Assembly: GCA_965655095.1 (NCBI GenBank)
Contig: OZ296651.1
Coordinates: forward strand, 26,412,001-26,476,000
Direction of reading: 5' to 3'
Source: Haplodiscus bocki
Taxonomy: Eukaryota
Length of the DNA stretch: 64,000 nucleotides
Position numbers and translations under genes: made by a program. Positions 14,961 to 26,709 of this stretch are shown here, piece by piece (position 1 is the stretch's first letter; each line of letters begins with the position of its first letter). The notes under the pieces are model-generated. The model was not told the DNA's origin. It saw only the letters and a program-made list of their open reading frames with translations, and ran no database searches.

Positions 14961-15174
14961 ACTACGAAAAAAGAATTTTTATAATAGTGTAAAATATAAA
15001 TATGAAAAGAAACTTGGAAAAGGAAAAAATTGTGAATCAGAAAACAGATATAAAAAGACTTCCAACAAAATTATGAAATTATTAGAAATTAATTCAGTTA
15101 TAGGATTTTAACTTGATAAAGAATGTCTGTTAAAGTATTACATTAAACTGAAAAGCCGACTGATATTTCTGGGG

Positions 15175-16120
15175 AACAAACTTGAATAATTTTTCCAAAA
15201 GCACTAGAATTCCAAATGAACTCATCAGGACAGATGCCATTTTGATTTTCCACTGAAAATTATAAATAGTTATCAGCTCTAACTAATTTAAGATTTTATA
15301 ATTCAATTTTTAACGTAACACAAGAAATTGAAAAATTTTCACTCTTCACTCATGATTACTTTACCGATCCGCTAACTATGGAAAGAACAAAATTTTTATC
15401 GGAACTTCACGACTTGAATGATCTCGAAATACATGTGAATGAACTTAAGAAAAGAGTTGGAAAAACGGAAAAAGCTCGAACTCATTCAGTTTGTCAGATT
15501 TTGATGACTATTTTCTGAGATATGTTATATTTGAAGTTTAAAAAAAATGAATAAAGTCTTCATGAAGACATGGTATTCAGAAAAAATTTAACATAGGCTG
15601 AAACTGAAAAACTTCTGAAAATCAATATTTTGGTTCTGATTTACAAGTATTTGGGATACCTGAACGTGTTTATGAAATTGTGCAAATACATTCATATTCT
15701 ACCATTTTTTTAAAGAAATTATTAATAACGATCCTAGATTACGATCAATTTTTAAAAAAGAATCTATTCAACAGTTTTAAGGTTCAGAAAAAAAACGTTT
15801 TTTTTCCATACAATTCTTGGATATAAAAAACCGGAATACAAACCAGGAATTCCTGATTTTCGCGGAAAAACTATAAATTTTAGTGGATTGATAAACTTCT
15901 TTTAACATGTGATTGCGGTAGTAGTAATAATATTATGATTGACAAAAGAGAACTCATTTCATACTGTTTAATTTTAAAAAAACCAGAAGGTTAAAAAGGA
16001 AAGAAAAAAATGAAGATCAAACAGTTAAAAAAGTAATGAAATCCAATATTAGGGACAACACATTTTATTTTGAAGATGATAGAAACAGGGATAAAAACCT
16101 ATTCTGATTTTACAACTATC
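15175..16120 (+). pseudogene. Probable minor capsid (penton-like) protein remnant 1
   Basis: ALEFQM..., FYNSIFNVT, INFSG.DKLLLTCDC..., KKPEG, TFYFEDD. This pattern resembles Polinton/adintovirus single-jelly-roll proteins. Confidence 0.5.
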
Positions 16121-16174
16121 AAAAGTTTTTATTTCAAGCATGACGTTAAATATTATCAACAAAAAAATAAAGCA

Positions 16175-16920
16175 GATGAAATACTACTTTCAATTAAAAA
16201 ATACTGAAATTCTCATAAAAGAAACTCGAACAAAATCACAAGGAACATTAGAATCAAGAATGAAAAATCCAACAAAAAAAATTTATTGATACTCCACTAA
16301 ACCGGGATGACAAATGGGTGTTAGGTTCGGCAAATTTAGAAGCATATAATCCTGGTTTTTTCTTAAAAAAATGAAGAAAACAACAATTTCAAAAATTTCA
16401 GGCATGAAGAGGAACTCAGTAATTGGGGAGAAACTTTGCTTGATGAAAATGATCAAAATAACTATTTCTTCTGGAAAGAAAAAAAACGATAAAAAATAGA
16501 ACAAATTATTCCTAGGAAAGTGAAATCAATTAAATACAAGAAATAAAATTTAAACAAAATCACAAAGAAACTAATAGGTGAAGAAACGAATTTTGTTTCA
16601 GATCAAGACACTGTTTTTGAAAATCTTTTAGAGGGTTACAATAAATCTGTTATTCTAGATATGGAAAGTTCTCTCGCAGCAAAAAGTGTTTCAGAGAAAG
16701 ATATATAAATTGTCGTGAAAGTATAAAAATCTCGATTTGTTAGTTTTTAGTTACCTTGGTTAAAATGCCTCCAGGGTGTAATTTTTTTTCTGAAACACAA
16801 ACAATACATTTTAAGAAAGCAAATAAATCTCCTTGGAGTAATAACACATTTTATTTTGAAGATGATCAGGAAATCAAAGTAGATTTCAATGTTGAAACTT
16901 TGACCTTTTCTAAATAATTG
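16175..16920 (+). pseudogene. Probable minor capsid (penton-like) protein remnant 2 (paralogue)
   Basis: EILLSI..TEILIKETRTKSQGTLE, LEAYN, NKS..NNTFYFEDDQEIKVDFNVETLTF. It shares the TFYFEDD motif with remnant 1. Confidence 0.5.
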
Positions 16921-16949
16921 TAGAAAAATAACAAAAAGAGCTGTCAAAA

Positions 16950-17330
16950 ATTCGAAACTGACGCTTGGTGCATTGGAAGGCGGCATAATGGTGGAACAAT
17001 AACTATTGAAAGTTTTATAACATCTCAAGGTACGAAACTACTAGTCAGTAGATAAGTTAAATTCAACAAAAAACTCAAAAACAGTTAATGATAATCCAAT
17101 ATCAGCAGAAGGGTTACGCAATTTCTTTCAAAACATAGCCAAAACTTCAACTCAAGCAACCAAAAAATCAGCTACAAGTGTAGTGAAAAATCAACGAGGA
17201 GCTTTGGGGATTGGTTCAAAAAATTGCGACTGCTGCTGTTATTAAACAACCAAAAGCAGCTTTAAGTACTAACCCACATGTATTAATTTTTTATCTGACT
17301 GGTAAAGGATTATTTCTTTCAGGTTTCTAG
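16950..17330 (+). pseudogene. Small viral protein remnant with amphipathic segment and GKGLFL end
   Basis: AEGLRNFFQNIAK...KSATSVVKN..GALGIGS..ATAAV...PKAALST....FYLTGKGLFL, reminiscent of adintovirus small virion proteins. Confidence 0.4.
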
Positions 17331-17339
17331 ATTATAGAA

Positions 17340-17850
17340 TATATAAACGTCTACTAATTTAAATTCATCTGCTCCATTAGAACCAAATACATTTATTGAA
17401 GAGAAAATAGATAAAAAGGGGAAAAAATAAAAAGCTTCGAAAAATCTATCAATTATCCTTAGGAAATGATAACCTACTTCAAAGATGAAAACCATAAATG
17501 AGAAAAGATATTTGAAAAATACAAACTACTATCTACTATAACAAAAACAATCGATACTTTTGTGAATAATGCTACAACTTCAAGTTCTGTCACATTATCA
17601 AATACTGGATTTATATTAATTATGGTACCAATATCAACAGCAATTGCTTGTGGATCAACTTTAAATAAAGAACTTTTATATGGAATCATGAGGAAATACA
17701 AAAAAAACAAGCAAAAAATGATGAAGCTCATCATACTAGTAATTCGTCCGGCAAACAATTTATTCAGTAAAGGTTCACAAGATGACGCAATTGATGAAAA
17801 GGATATGACTCTTTAGGAAATATTTTTACAAAATCTGTCGGCAAAATCGA
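17340..17850 (+). pseudogene. Membrane-protein remnant typical of Polinton-like viruses
   Basis: EMITYFKDEN...YKLLSTI.KTIDTFV..ATTSSSVTLS.TG..LIMVPISTAIACG (hydrophobic hairpin), followed by a basic KYKK segment (ORF 17562-17816). Confidence 0.45.
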
Positions 17851-18299
17851 TTGTGCTTGAAGCGCACATGTAGGCTAACACAAAAATGACTCTCCTATTT
17901 TAGAAAATCTAAAGATGAAAATATAAACTTCCTTGGCAACAAAAAAAAGAACCTAGATTTTTACTAAAACTGAACCTAAATATTAGCCTAGAACTAAGCA
18001 TAGAATTAAGTCTAGATTTAAGTGAGGAACATTTTTTCTTTTCGATAATGACTTTGACCTATTTTTGTGAGAAAAATGTAGAAATAATTTTGGAAGGGGT
18101 AAGTACTACAGTGAAGTGCAAAAATATGGATTTAGATTGGTTAAATAGAAAAATTAAATGTCAGTATTGTGAAACTTTTTATCGTCAAAAATGGTTAGCG
18201 AAAGATAACTTTGAGAAAGAAATTACTAATAATCGAACTTCAACCAAGAATGTAATTATGTTAAACAATTAAAGGACAGCGAGCAGCTTTGAAACGGTA

Positions 18300-19290
18300 G
18301 GCAGAATTGCAAATTAAAGTAAAGCAAAGAGATTAAAAGAAAGATTAGGTAAACATGATTTTCAATATGACGATCACATTTTTTCGGACCACTAAAACAG
18401 TTAAAGATACAAATCAAAATTTAATTGAAGAGCCTAAAGCTACAATAAAAGCACCTGATGATATAACCAAAAAATTCCCTACGATTACACCTCAAAGTGA
18501 AGAACAACGTAAACATTAATTGACCCACAACCAATTCATCTAATGCAAATGAAGGAGTTGAGGAAGCTTATGATATTATTGAAGAAAAGGAAAAAAATTG
18601 ATCCAGATCCAATTGATGATATACAAAGCCGCTTATGATTTGTAGCACCTAAGATAGTATATTTCTAATTAGGTTCAAAAGAGGCATTGAGACGACAAAA
18701 AATATAAATACAAAACAAATGGTATAAAATTTAAAATTACTGATACTAAACGTTTTTTCATAGATAACTATAGCTCATCTGTTCTTACACGTGGTCTGTT
18801 GGGTTTGGTAGCAAAGAAAGCCATAACATCAAAACTCTTAAAGATTTCATTGAAAGCGAAATTCTTCCAGGAAAAATGGATTTTAATCAGAGTACTAAAA
18901 CAGGACGGATATCTAAGAGATAAAAATATTGTAGGTAATTCAATCAATGCATTAATATAAAATCCCTAAGAAATTTATGAAAAGAGGCCAAGATCTAGGT
19001 CGAGATTTAATGTTTCAGAAGAAGAAGATTATAAAAACAAATCTTTCAGTGAACAAGAAGATTATATTTATTTTTTACATGCAAATCAATATACTTCACC
19101 TTTAGGGCTAATAACTTTTTATTTCAAGATTTCAGATGATTTGTTTGACAGATTAAAGTTAATAAAACAACAAATCAATGTGGGAATGATACAGTGAGAT
19201 TTGATGATGAATTTGTTTGGTAAACTATTGGAATATGAAAGTTTTACTGAAACTCAACGTTAATTTTTTTATTGAAATTTAAACTAATAT
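18300..19290 (+). pseudogene. Conserved Polinton-type hypothetical protein remnant
   Basis: C-terminal DLFDRLKLI.Q...GND....KLLEY pattern at ~19140-19245. Confidence 0.35.
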
Positions 19291-19294
19291 AAAA

Positions 19295-20553
19295 GGTTCA
19301 AGTTAGCTGAAAAAAATCTAGTTGATAGATCAATTCTTAAATGTCTGTCTGTTCATCAAACTTCACAATCAAAACTTAATGCCAATTGACCTAATTAACA
19401 ACCTTTTATTCATATACCAAGAGAGGGCTCAGTATAATCATCAATGATAGTTATCCTGAACTAGAAATTGATGTAATACGTGAAAAAACTGACGAGAGAT
19501 TTTCAGCTGCTGAACAAATAAGATTTGGTTGTTTAGATCCAATTGCAATATCTAGTGAATATAAACTATCAAGTAGTATTGGAAAAGAAATTGAAAATTT
19601 GACCATGCCCACATTGATTGTTTAATGTATAAATCATCAACATCACCAAGAGATTATGAAGGTTTATCAATTGGTTTTGCTCATGAGAAAACTAGTCGTG
19701 CAGAAAACTCTATTGCTAATAGACAAGTAAACATTGATAAAATTCCTGTAAGAATTTTCTGAAAAGAAATTTCTGGTGCTGAAAAACAATTTGAGAAAAC
19801 TACGGTTGGCTTAGGTTAAAAAGTAACAGTAAAAAGAATTTTCGACAATGGAATATTATCTCGAAATGCTGGTACACTTGATGGAAAAAATGGTATAAAG
19901 ATATTAGTTTATTATATCCCCCAATATACCCTTCTGCTTTTCGCAAGATTTTTTGCATCAGTGAATTATAACTAAATTGCCAAATGAATTAGCTTATAAC
20001 AAAAGATCGGTTTCTTCAAAAGATGTGAAACAACAATCTGAATAGATTTTCGATCTTGGTGCAGGTGAAGGAATATATGTACCTATTTATGTTGGAGAAG
20101 CTTTCAATGAAGATGTAAATTGAATAATCAACTCCTAAAGAAAGATAAGTTTTATGCACTACCCGTTAAATTTGCTCAATGTCTTATCGGAACTGAAAAA
20201 TATCCTGATGCTGATATAAATATAATGTATGCAGACTATAATTATTTTCAAGGTTTTAGTCAAAGTGTATCTTGTTTTAAGCACCTAGTTAAAGATAATA
20301 TCCTTCAATCTTACCAAATCACAAAAAGTTTTAAATCAATTAATGTATATGCAGCTGGTCTTAATACAGATGATCTTGGATATATATAATTTGTTTCGAA
20401 ATACGATACCCAAAGAACTTCTCTTCTGCTGAACCAAGAAAATTAAAAGTCAATTGTGTTGGAAAAATACCAGCTGGTGCAGTTGCAGATGCTCCTATAA
20501 TAACAAACAAAAAAATCAACACTAATGATTATCAAAGATTTTTGATCTAATAT
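19295..20553 (+). pseudogene. Major capsid protein (double jelly-roll) remnant
   Basis: ~1.25-kb decayed ORF: VDRSILKC, IHIPRE, LEIDV, PIAISSEYKLSSS.GKEIE, CLMYK, LSIGF, YIPQYT, and ORF 20120-20389 (FYALPVKFAQCLIGTEKYPDA). Size and position downstream of protease and penton fit. Confidence 0.6.
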
Positions 20554-21360
20554 AAAGAAAGAACCTAACTTGTATTTCCCTTGGAAAAGACTCAATTTTG
20601 TTTATGAGCGATCTGTTGTCATCAAGTGAGTTTATTGCTAGTTTGTTATTTTTTTCTAAGTACATTTCATTATCTTCAGTTCTACGAAAGTAAATATGGA
20701 CATATTTCTTATGTTCTCCTTCTTCAATAGACAATTGTAATAATCTTTCATCTCCAGCAGCTATTTCACTTCCCTAAAATATTGTTTTCTTTTCTCTTTC
20801 ATTTGACATAGAAATGAATATAAATTTGCTCCCAAAAATCTCATTTTATCACTCCAAAAACATTTAGGATTTTCAAATATAAATTTGGCCAAAAACTTTT
20901 TCTTTTACGTTTGGGACTATTCCATGATTTTCTTCCAGGTTGCTGAAATAAAAAAATCATTTATTTTATTTAGGTCATTCAATATGTCTTTTGTTTCAAA
21001 ACTAAGAAAGAAGGAGTCACAATCGATGTAAAACATTTCTAAGCATTCAACATTTGGTTTTACTTTATTGTAACAAGTTTTGTACAAAAGTAATAATGAA
21101 CATTCTATTACGCAAGATCCAAAAAGTTGTTTTTCAAATGTTACAGTTTGGTTTTTAAAACAAGACAATCAAAGTTACCATAAGATCTGAATTCTAAAAG
21201 TTTGATTTTTGTTGAAAATTGTACATAGTTTTTGTGTCATCAGATTTTACAGGCTTCAAATGAATTCTGTTTCTTAAGTTTTTCAATGTTTTTTCCATAA
21301 AATGCATTACTTTATAATCTAGAAAAACCTTTATAGGAAATCGTTGTTTGTTGCTTGTTG
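20522..21360 (-). pseudogene. polB: C-terminal part of a second, divergent pPolB convergent with the capsid gene
   Basis: Minus strand: NAFYGK..NLRNR (motif B), KQLFGSCVIECSLLLLY..Y..P..MFYIDCDSFFLS (YxDTDS), ...KLAINSLDDNR (LSxxDDKR end). Confidence 0.8.
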
Positions 21361-21370
21361 TCATGCACAA

Positions 21371-21374
<4 letters not shown>

Positions 21375-21429
<55 letters not shown>
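21375..21429. repeat. (AT)n microsatellite
   Basis: Directly visible; adjacent to the gap. Confidence 0.98.
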
Positions 21430-21433
<4 letters not shown>

Positions 21434-21458
21434 TTTTTATTAATATATATCTTCAAAT

Positions 21459-21658
21459 NNNNNNNNNNNNNNNNNNNNNNNNNNNNNNNNNNNNNNNNNN
21501 NNNNNNNNNNNNNNNNNNNNNNNNNNNNNNNNNNNNNNNNNNNNNNNNNNNNNNNNNNNNNNNNNNNNNNNNNNNNNNNNNNNNNNNNNNNNNNNNNNNN
21601 NNNNNNNNNNNNNNNNNNNNNNNNNNNNNNNNNNNNNNNNNNNNNNNNNNNNNNNNNN
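21459..21658. other. Assembly gap (200 N)
   Basis: Run of N; continuity across it is unproven. Confidence 1.
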
Positions 21659-23153
21659 TATATATATGCTTTCAGACAAAAAAAACTTGAAACAAATTTG
21701 GTGATTCAAGTTTATGTGTCCTTAGTCATGAAAAGATGCATTTAGTGAAAGTTTGTTCAAAAATTTACCCAAACTCCTTGCCTGAGAAATCTCCGTGATC
21801 TCAAATCGAGATATAGGCACTACTGTGGAAGCCCTAAACCGGGATCCAGGTTCTATAGTCTATCTTAATACATGGAGGCTCCTTCACCCCACCGGATCGA
21901 CTCTTACCACACTTGTTGTAGAGCATTTTATACTTCAAATTGTTCCTCATTCATTCGATTGTCTTTTCAGACAATTCATTTCATTTTTTTTTGGAAAATG
22001 GAAATGACTGAATCTAGAATTTCACCACATTCATCTGGATCATATGATGAATTGTGTACAAGATCAGTACCTGCAAGAAAACTCAAAGTGGACTGAACCT
22101 AGGAACTGGAACTGTAAATATGTGAGTTTGGAACGTGAACTTGTGATTCTCTGGAACTGCGAACTCCCAAAAAATTGAACGGGAGTTTGAAACTGAACCT
22201 GAACTGAACGTATGCTACCGAAGACGCTGGATTTTTGATTACAGGAAATAGTAAAAACTGGAAATGTGAGAAACGACAAATGAATTAAACTTTCTGAACG
22301 ACATGGATTTTTATCTTTATTTTATGCAGCCGTTGGATGAAAAATTTTCCTTTGACCCAGTCAAATCAAGCTAGCCTCGAGTGTCCCGAACATATCCTTC
22401 AACCGCGATCAGACGGGGCATGAATTCAAGTTCATGTAGATTTACTGAAATCCAAAGTGTTCCCCCACTGACCCCAGTAATTGTTATACAATTTCTTTTG
22501 TTTTAATTCGTTTAGGAAATGCTGTAATACTATTTTGATAAAATGTGGGAGCGTTTTCTCCAAAAATTTAAACTGATTTATGGAAGATTTAATTATTTAG
22601 TGAAACTTAAAATCGAATATTGTACCCGAAAGATCTTAGCTTAGATAGGACGCTAGCTAGTATTCATGTCAGATTTCCTATCCTGGGCAGTCTAGTTATG
22701 CCAACTTAGAAGTGGTCGCCATGTTTGTTGCATAGATTTACCAACCAAGTCCTTCAATACTGCAGCATGCCTGCGTTAGCAGGTAAAAATACCTGCAGCC
22801 TAAGGGGAAAGTATTTGCGGTCGGCTGGTAAAATTGCCTACTTTTTCATGCAATTTTTCCTGGGCCGTTTTTACAGTGTAAGTTGGTATATTTATACCTG
22901 TTCAAGTGAATCATTTTAATTTTAATGTAACTACTCAAAACCATTTTTTTTTCGTTCACGTGTCATTCAGCTTCGGCATCATCGTTGTGCACAACGAATT
23001 CCGAAAACACGTAAATTAAGTAGCGCAATTTTTTTCCTCATCAGAATGTCGTATCACGGCCAATCACTGTTGAAAAACCAAGTTTTAGTTTTCACGAACT
23101 TACTGTGGCTTTTTAATCATCGCATCATTTTCTAATTTGGAGTCCAGAAGTTA

Positions 23154-24079
23154 CCCGGGTTGAAGTCCCAGAGGTAATCAGCGCTGAACAGCGCTGTTTC
23201 ATAGTTTTGACGTTTTCGCGCCTCGAATCATTGACGACGAATCAGCGCTGTTCAGAACTGAAAAATTCAGCGATGTTTCAGAGCTGAACAGCGCTGTTTC
23301 AGAGACAAACAGCTCTGAATCAGCGCTGTTCAGCGCTGATTTTCTTAGCTCTGAAACATAGGATTTTCAGCGCTGAACAGCGCTGATTCAGTGCTGATTT
23401 ACTCTGCATCAGCTCTGATAGTTACACATGTAGATGAGACTATCAAATTATGATAACTTAGTCCGAAGTGCTGAAAACGCACGAAGTGGTCATTAAAATG
23501 GTATTCCTGTATTAAAGAAAGAGTAAAAAATCTGCAAATTGACAGCAAAGACGCGGATTTCTTGGAATAATCTTGAAACTTCACCCCTATAAACGCAAAA
23601 ATGTTTTTGAAAAGTTGAACCATATCTGTTTTGTTACTTGAGCAGTAACAGTAAACCCAAAAATTAAAGCATGTATTATAACTTTCGTCTATACGCAAAT
23701 GGTAAAAAAAATTTTTGTTTCTCACTTCTTTTCGTAAACTGGGCTGAAAACCAAACTTATGTGCCTCGAACTTGAGGTACTTACAAAAATTTTGAAAATA
23801 GTTAAAAATTAACCGAAAATTGTCATTCGGAATTGATCAAAAATCAGCGGTTTCAGAGGAAATCAGCGCTGTTCAGCTCTGAATCAGCGATGTTTCAAAG
23901 AAAATCAGCGCTGTTTCAGCACTGATTTTTAGCTCTGAAATTTTCCGTTTTCAGCGCTGTTCAGAGCTGAATCAGCGCTGTTCAGAGATTTTCAGGTAAT
24001 GAACAGCGCTGAAACAGACCTAAAAGTATTCTGAATCAGAGCTGATCAGCGCTGAATGTCTCTGAGACGTCAACCCGGG
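23154..24079. mobile_element. Non-autonomous DNA transposon (MITE), CCCGGG termini, TA flanks
   Basis: TIR CCCGGGTTGAAGTCCCAGAG versus reverse complement of CTCTGAGACGTCAACCCGGG (18/20). TA at 23152-3 and 24080-1. Dense subterminal CAGCGCTG palindromes at both ends. Confidence 0.85.
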
Positions 24080-24274
24080 TAGCTCAACGCATATTTTCAA
24101 AAGATACTTTGATCAGACAGAGATATTAACAGCGGTGCCACAAATAAACACATAAACCAGTTTGTCAGTTATAACTTTCGCTCCCTTTCAAGCAAGATTT
24201 CATTTCATTATAGCAATTATAACTGCACCGAAAAATGAGTTATAGCGAGCAGATTACTTTGAACCAAGTTACCT

Positions 24275-24479
24275 GTGGTTACTACTGTAGGTGCATACGG
24301 GGTTGATATTGTGAAGTGTACGGTAGTGGGCGATCGAGAGGTTGGGAAAACATGTTTGTTATTGAACTACATCACAAACAAGTTCTCTTGCGATTACGTT
24401 CCCACAGTGTTTGATTGCTATAGTGCAGTTGTACAAGTCAACGGCCGCCAAGTTCACCTCAGTCTGTGGGATACAGCAG
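24275..24479 (+). CDS. Exon of Rac/Cdc42-like Rho-family GTPase (G1-G3 boxes)
   Basis: [56 protein letters not shown], ending at a phase-1 GTTAGT donor (24480). The 5' boundary is uncertain: acceptor TGTAG at 24290, or out-of-frame ATG at 24235. Confidence 0.9.
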
Positions 24480-24749
24480 GTTAGTCAGTTAATTTAACGA
24501 CAAATTAATGAGTCAAAATATCAAAACGTAACAACGACAGACTCTCCTAAAGATTGTCCCATCAACGAGTGTACGTAACTTATCACTGATACACTCAAAA
24601 ATTTCAAATTCAACATTTATTGAATTGAAACACAAATTACATGGTTTGAGGTTGCGAAAATTTTAAACAAATTCAAATTGATCATAACGATCACTATTGG
24701 TTACAAAGTGATATGCAACAATTCCCATATAATTTGATCAGATGCTGCC

Positions 24750-26434
24750 TGTCGCGGCGGTCTTCTTGGTCAGAGTTTCGCATTGTCTGGTTGCCGAAGA
24801 TGCCTGCTTCAGGATGAAGATCACTCTGGGAGTCGTCCTCATTCGTTCCCTGGTTTGTATTAAATGCGTTCTGGGACATATCCGGAGTGGTTCCGGAATG
24901 GCCTTGAATTAGCGAGTTCATGAGAAAGTCGTCTTTTACATGGGTAAAATGAGTAGGGAACGTGTCACTGTACAGGAATTATCCTCAAAATAATAGGAAT
25001 ATCCGTATGTATTCCGCATTGTATCCGGAATCAAATTTTTGGTGGGTTTTCCGGAATGGTTCCGGAATGGTTCCGGAAACGTTCCATAATACGTTCCTGG
25101 GATGTTCCTCAAAATTTTTCCTTATTTATTGCTGCGAACTTTCTTTTGTTTCGGGTTGCCATTTTCTAGGGAAAATACTGATAAGCTGTTAATATTCAAT
25201 TATTTCTTGCTGAAGGAAAATCAATCTGAGGTTTTTTACAGTTTCCAATATTACAACGAAGGGAATTAACAATACTGGATAATATCATCAGTACTCCAAA
25301 ATAATAATAACCCTTCTGTTTTTGTACTTTCATTTCTCTTATTTATGCCTTCTCCTTGGCGGGAAACATAATTGTTTACACGCCAAGTCAAGGTACAAAT
25401 AAGAAAAAGTACTTACAATATTAAAACATCAAAGTCTGAATGCCGACTCTGGCGGGAAAAAAAAACAACTTTTCCATCCATCGCTTCCGTCATAGGACGC
25501 GTCTTTTCCATCTTTCGACAGAAAATGGACGGACTTAATCCGTCAGAGATGGATATCAAAGTGTTTATTCCCGCGCCGACATATTGCGTATAAACAAAAT
25601 AATGTTTATTCCATAATTGGAGAAGTTGAACAATTCCTTAATTGGAAATATGAAAAGATTTACAAAATTAAAGTAGCAAGTGTAGAAATCTAAAAATGAT
25701 GGTAAATAAAAAGTATTCATGGTATTTCATGCATGCACATATCATCAATATTCACTCAGTAGTTCATAAGACTTTACTCTTTAGAAATGAGGAAAAACTA
25801 GTATCACTACTAGTTTATTCCTCATTCATACGAGTAGCAACTAGTGGTTTCCGGATAATTCCGTTTTCACTAGTAGTAGTATTTGTCTTCAGAAATGAGG
25901 AGAAACTAGTAGAAAAACTAGTTTACTCCTCGTTTAGACGAGTAGCTAATAGTGGTTTCCGGAATGATTCCGGAATATTTCCGTAGCCACTAGTAGTTGA
26001 GGCAAGCTAAGCTCAAATGAGGAGTGATTCCGGAATCACTCCAAGTTCACTACAGCACTGCAGCACAGTGTAGCTATAAGAATGATTGTGACGTCACCAG
26101 ACTAGTAGCGACGGAACGCGTACGGAACAAATATTCACTCTGCTGCTAGACAGAGTACGTGTCCGTTCCGCAGCAGTTCTGTCCCAATCTGGATTAGTAC
26201 ACGGGAGTGCTACGTATAAAAAACGTAGAATTTACATGAAAATTTACCGTGGAGTAATACGTATTTGATACGTATCAACTCCATGTAAAGGCGTTGATAT
26301 GTTATTGCAATATTATTATATGAATGGAAATGGAAAAGTCTAAAGTTTCGATACAGTTTCTTTTAATCTTCAGGCAATCTGGGGATGTCCTTTTCTTTCT
26401 TTATGCCCGTAGGCTTCGAGGGTATACTGCGACA
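24750..26434 (-). repeat. 3' LTR of copy 1 (~1.69 kb)
   Basis: On the minus strand it starts TGTCGCAG (26434) and ends CCGCGACA (24750). It is homologous to 57798-59529 and contains the MATRNKRK gag start. Confidence 0.85.
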
Positions 26435-26446
26435 CTCCCCCTCTTT
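26435..26446 (-). promoter_or_regulatory. Polypurine tract
   Basis: AAAGAGGGGGAG immediately 5' of the LTR TG. Confidence 0.85.
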
Positions 26447-26709
26447 GTGAAAGGACATTCCCATGGTCAATCTTCTTTTCTGTTTTCGATGCACTCTACT
26501 CATCGATGATTGTTCTACATAGAAATCACAAGTGTGAAGAATTCACAAGATGGCCAATAGCCATTAATAATTTGAAATCATGAATGAAGATTTATGCTCG
26601 CTGATGAGGTGATGAATTAACCAAGGGTACTTTATTAAGTGACGAAGTACATACGTAACTTCTCCGTCTCGAATTGGCCTGCCGCTCAGATGGGCGAAGT
26701 AATAGTTGA

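Larger units (their letters stand above)
1..21360. mobile_element. Degenerate endogenous Polinton/Maverick (adintovirus-like) region
   Basis: Co-located frameshifted remnants of pPolB, adenain-type cysteine protease, probable minor and major capsid proteins and typical accessory ORFs. No TIR or integrase was recognised inside the window. Confidence 0.85.

Noticed and set aside
21355-21709. ORFs with YIYIYI and X runs
   Set aside because: Artefacts of the (AT)n tract and the N gap.
22715-22880. CACTG-type transposon end (TTTTTACAGTG)
   Set aside because: No matching left TIR was found, so an element cannot be delimited.
23175-24060. CRISPR-like array of CAGCGCTG repeats
   Set aside because: Units are short, irregularly spaced and lack unique spacers; they lie within TIRs, the context is eukaryotic and there are no cas genes.
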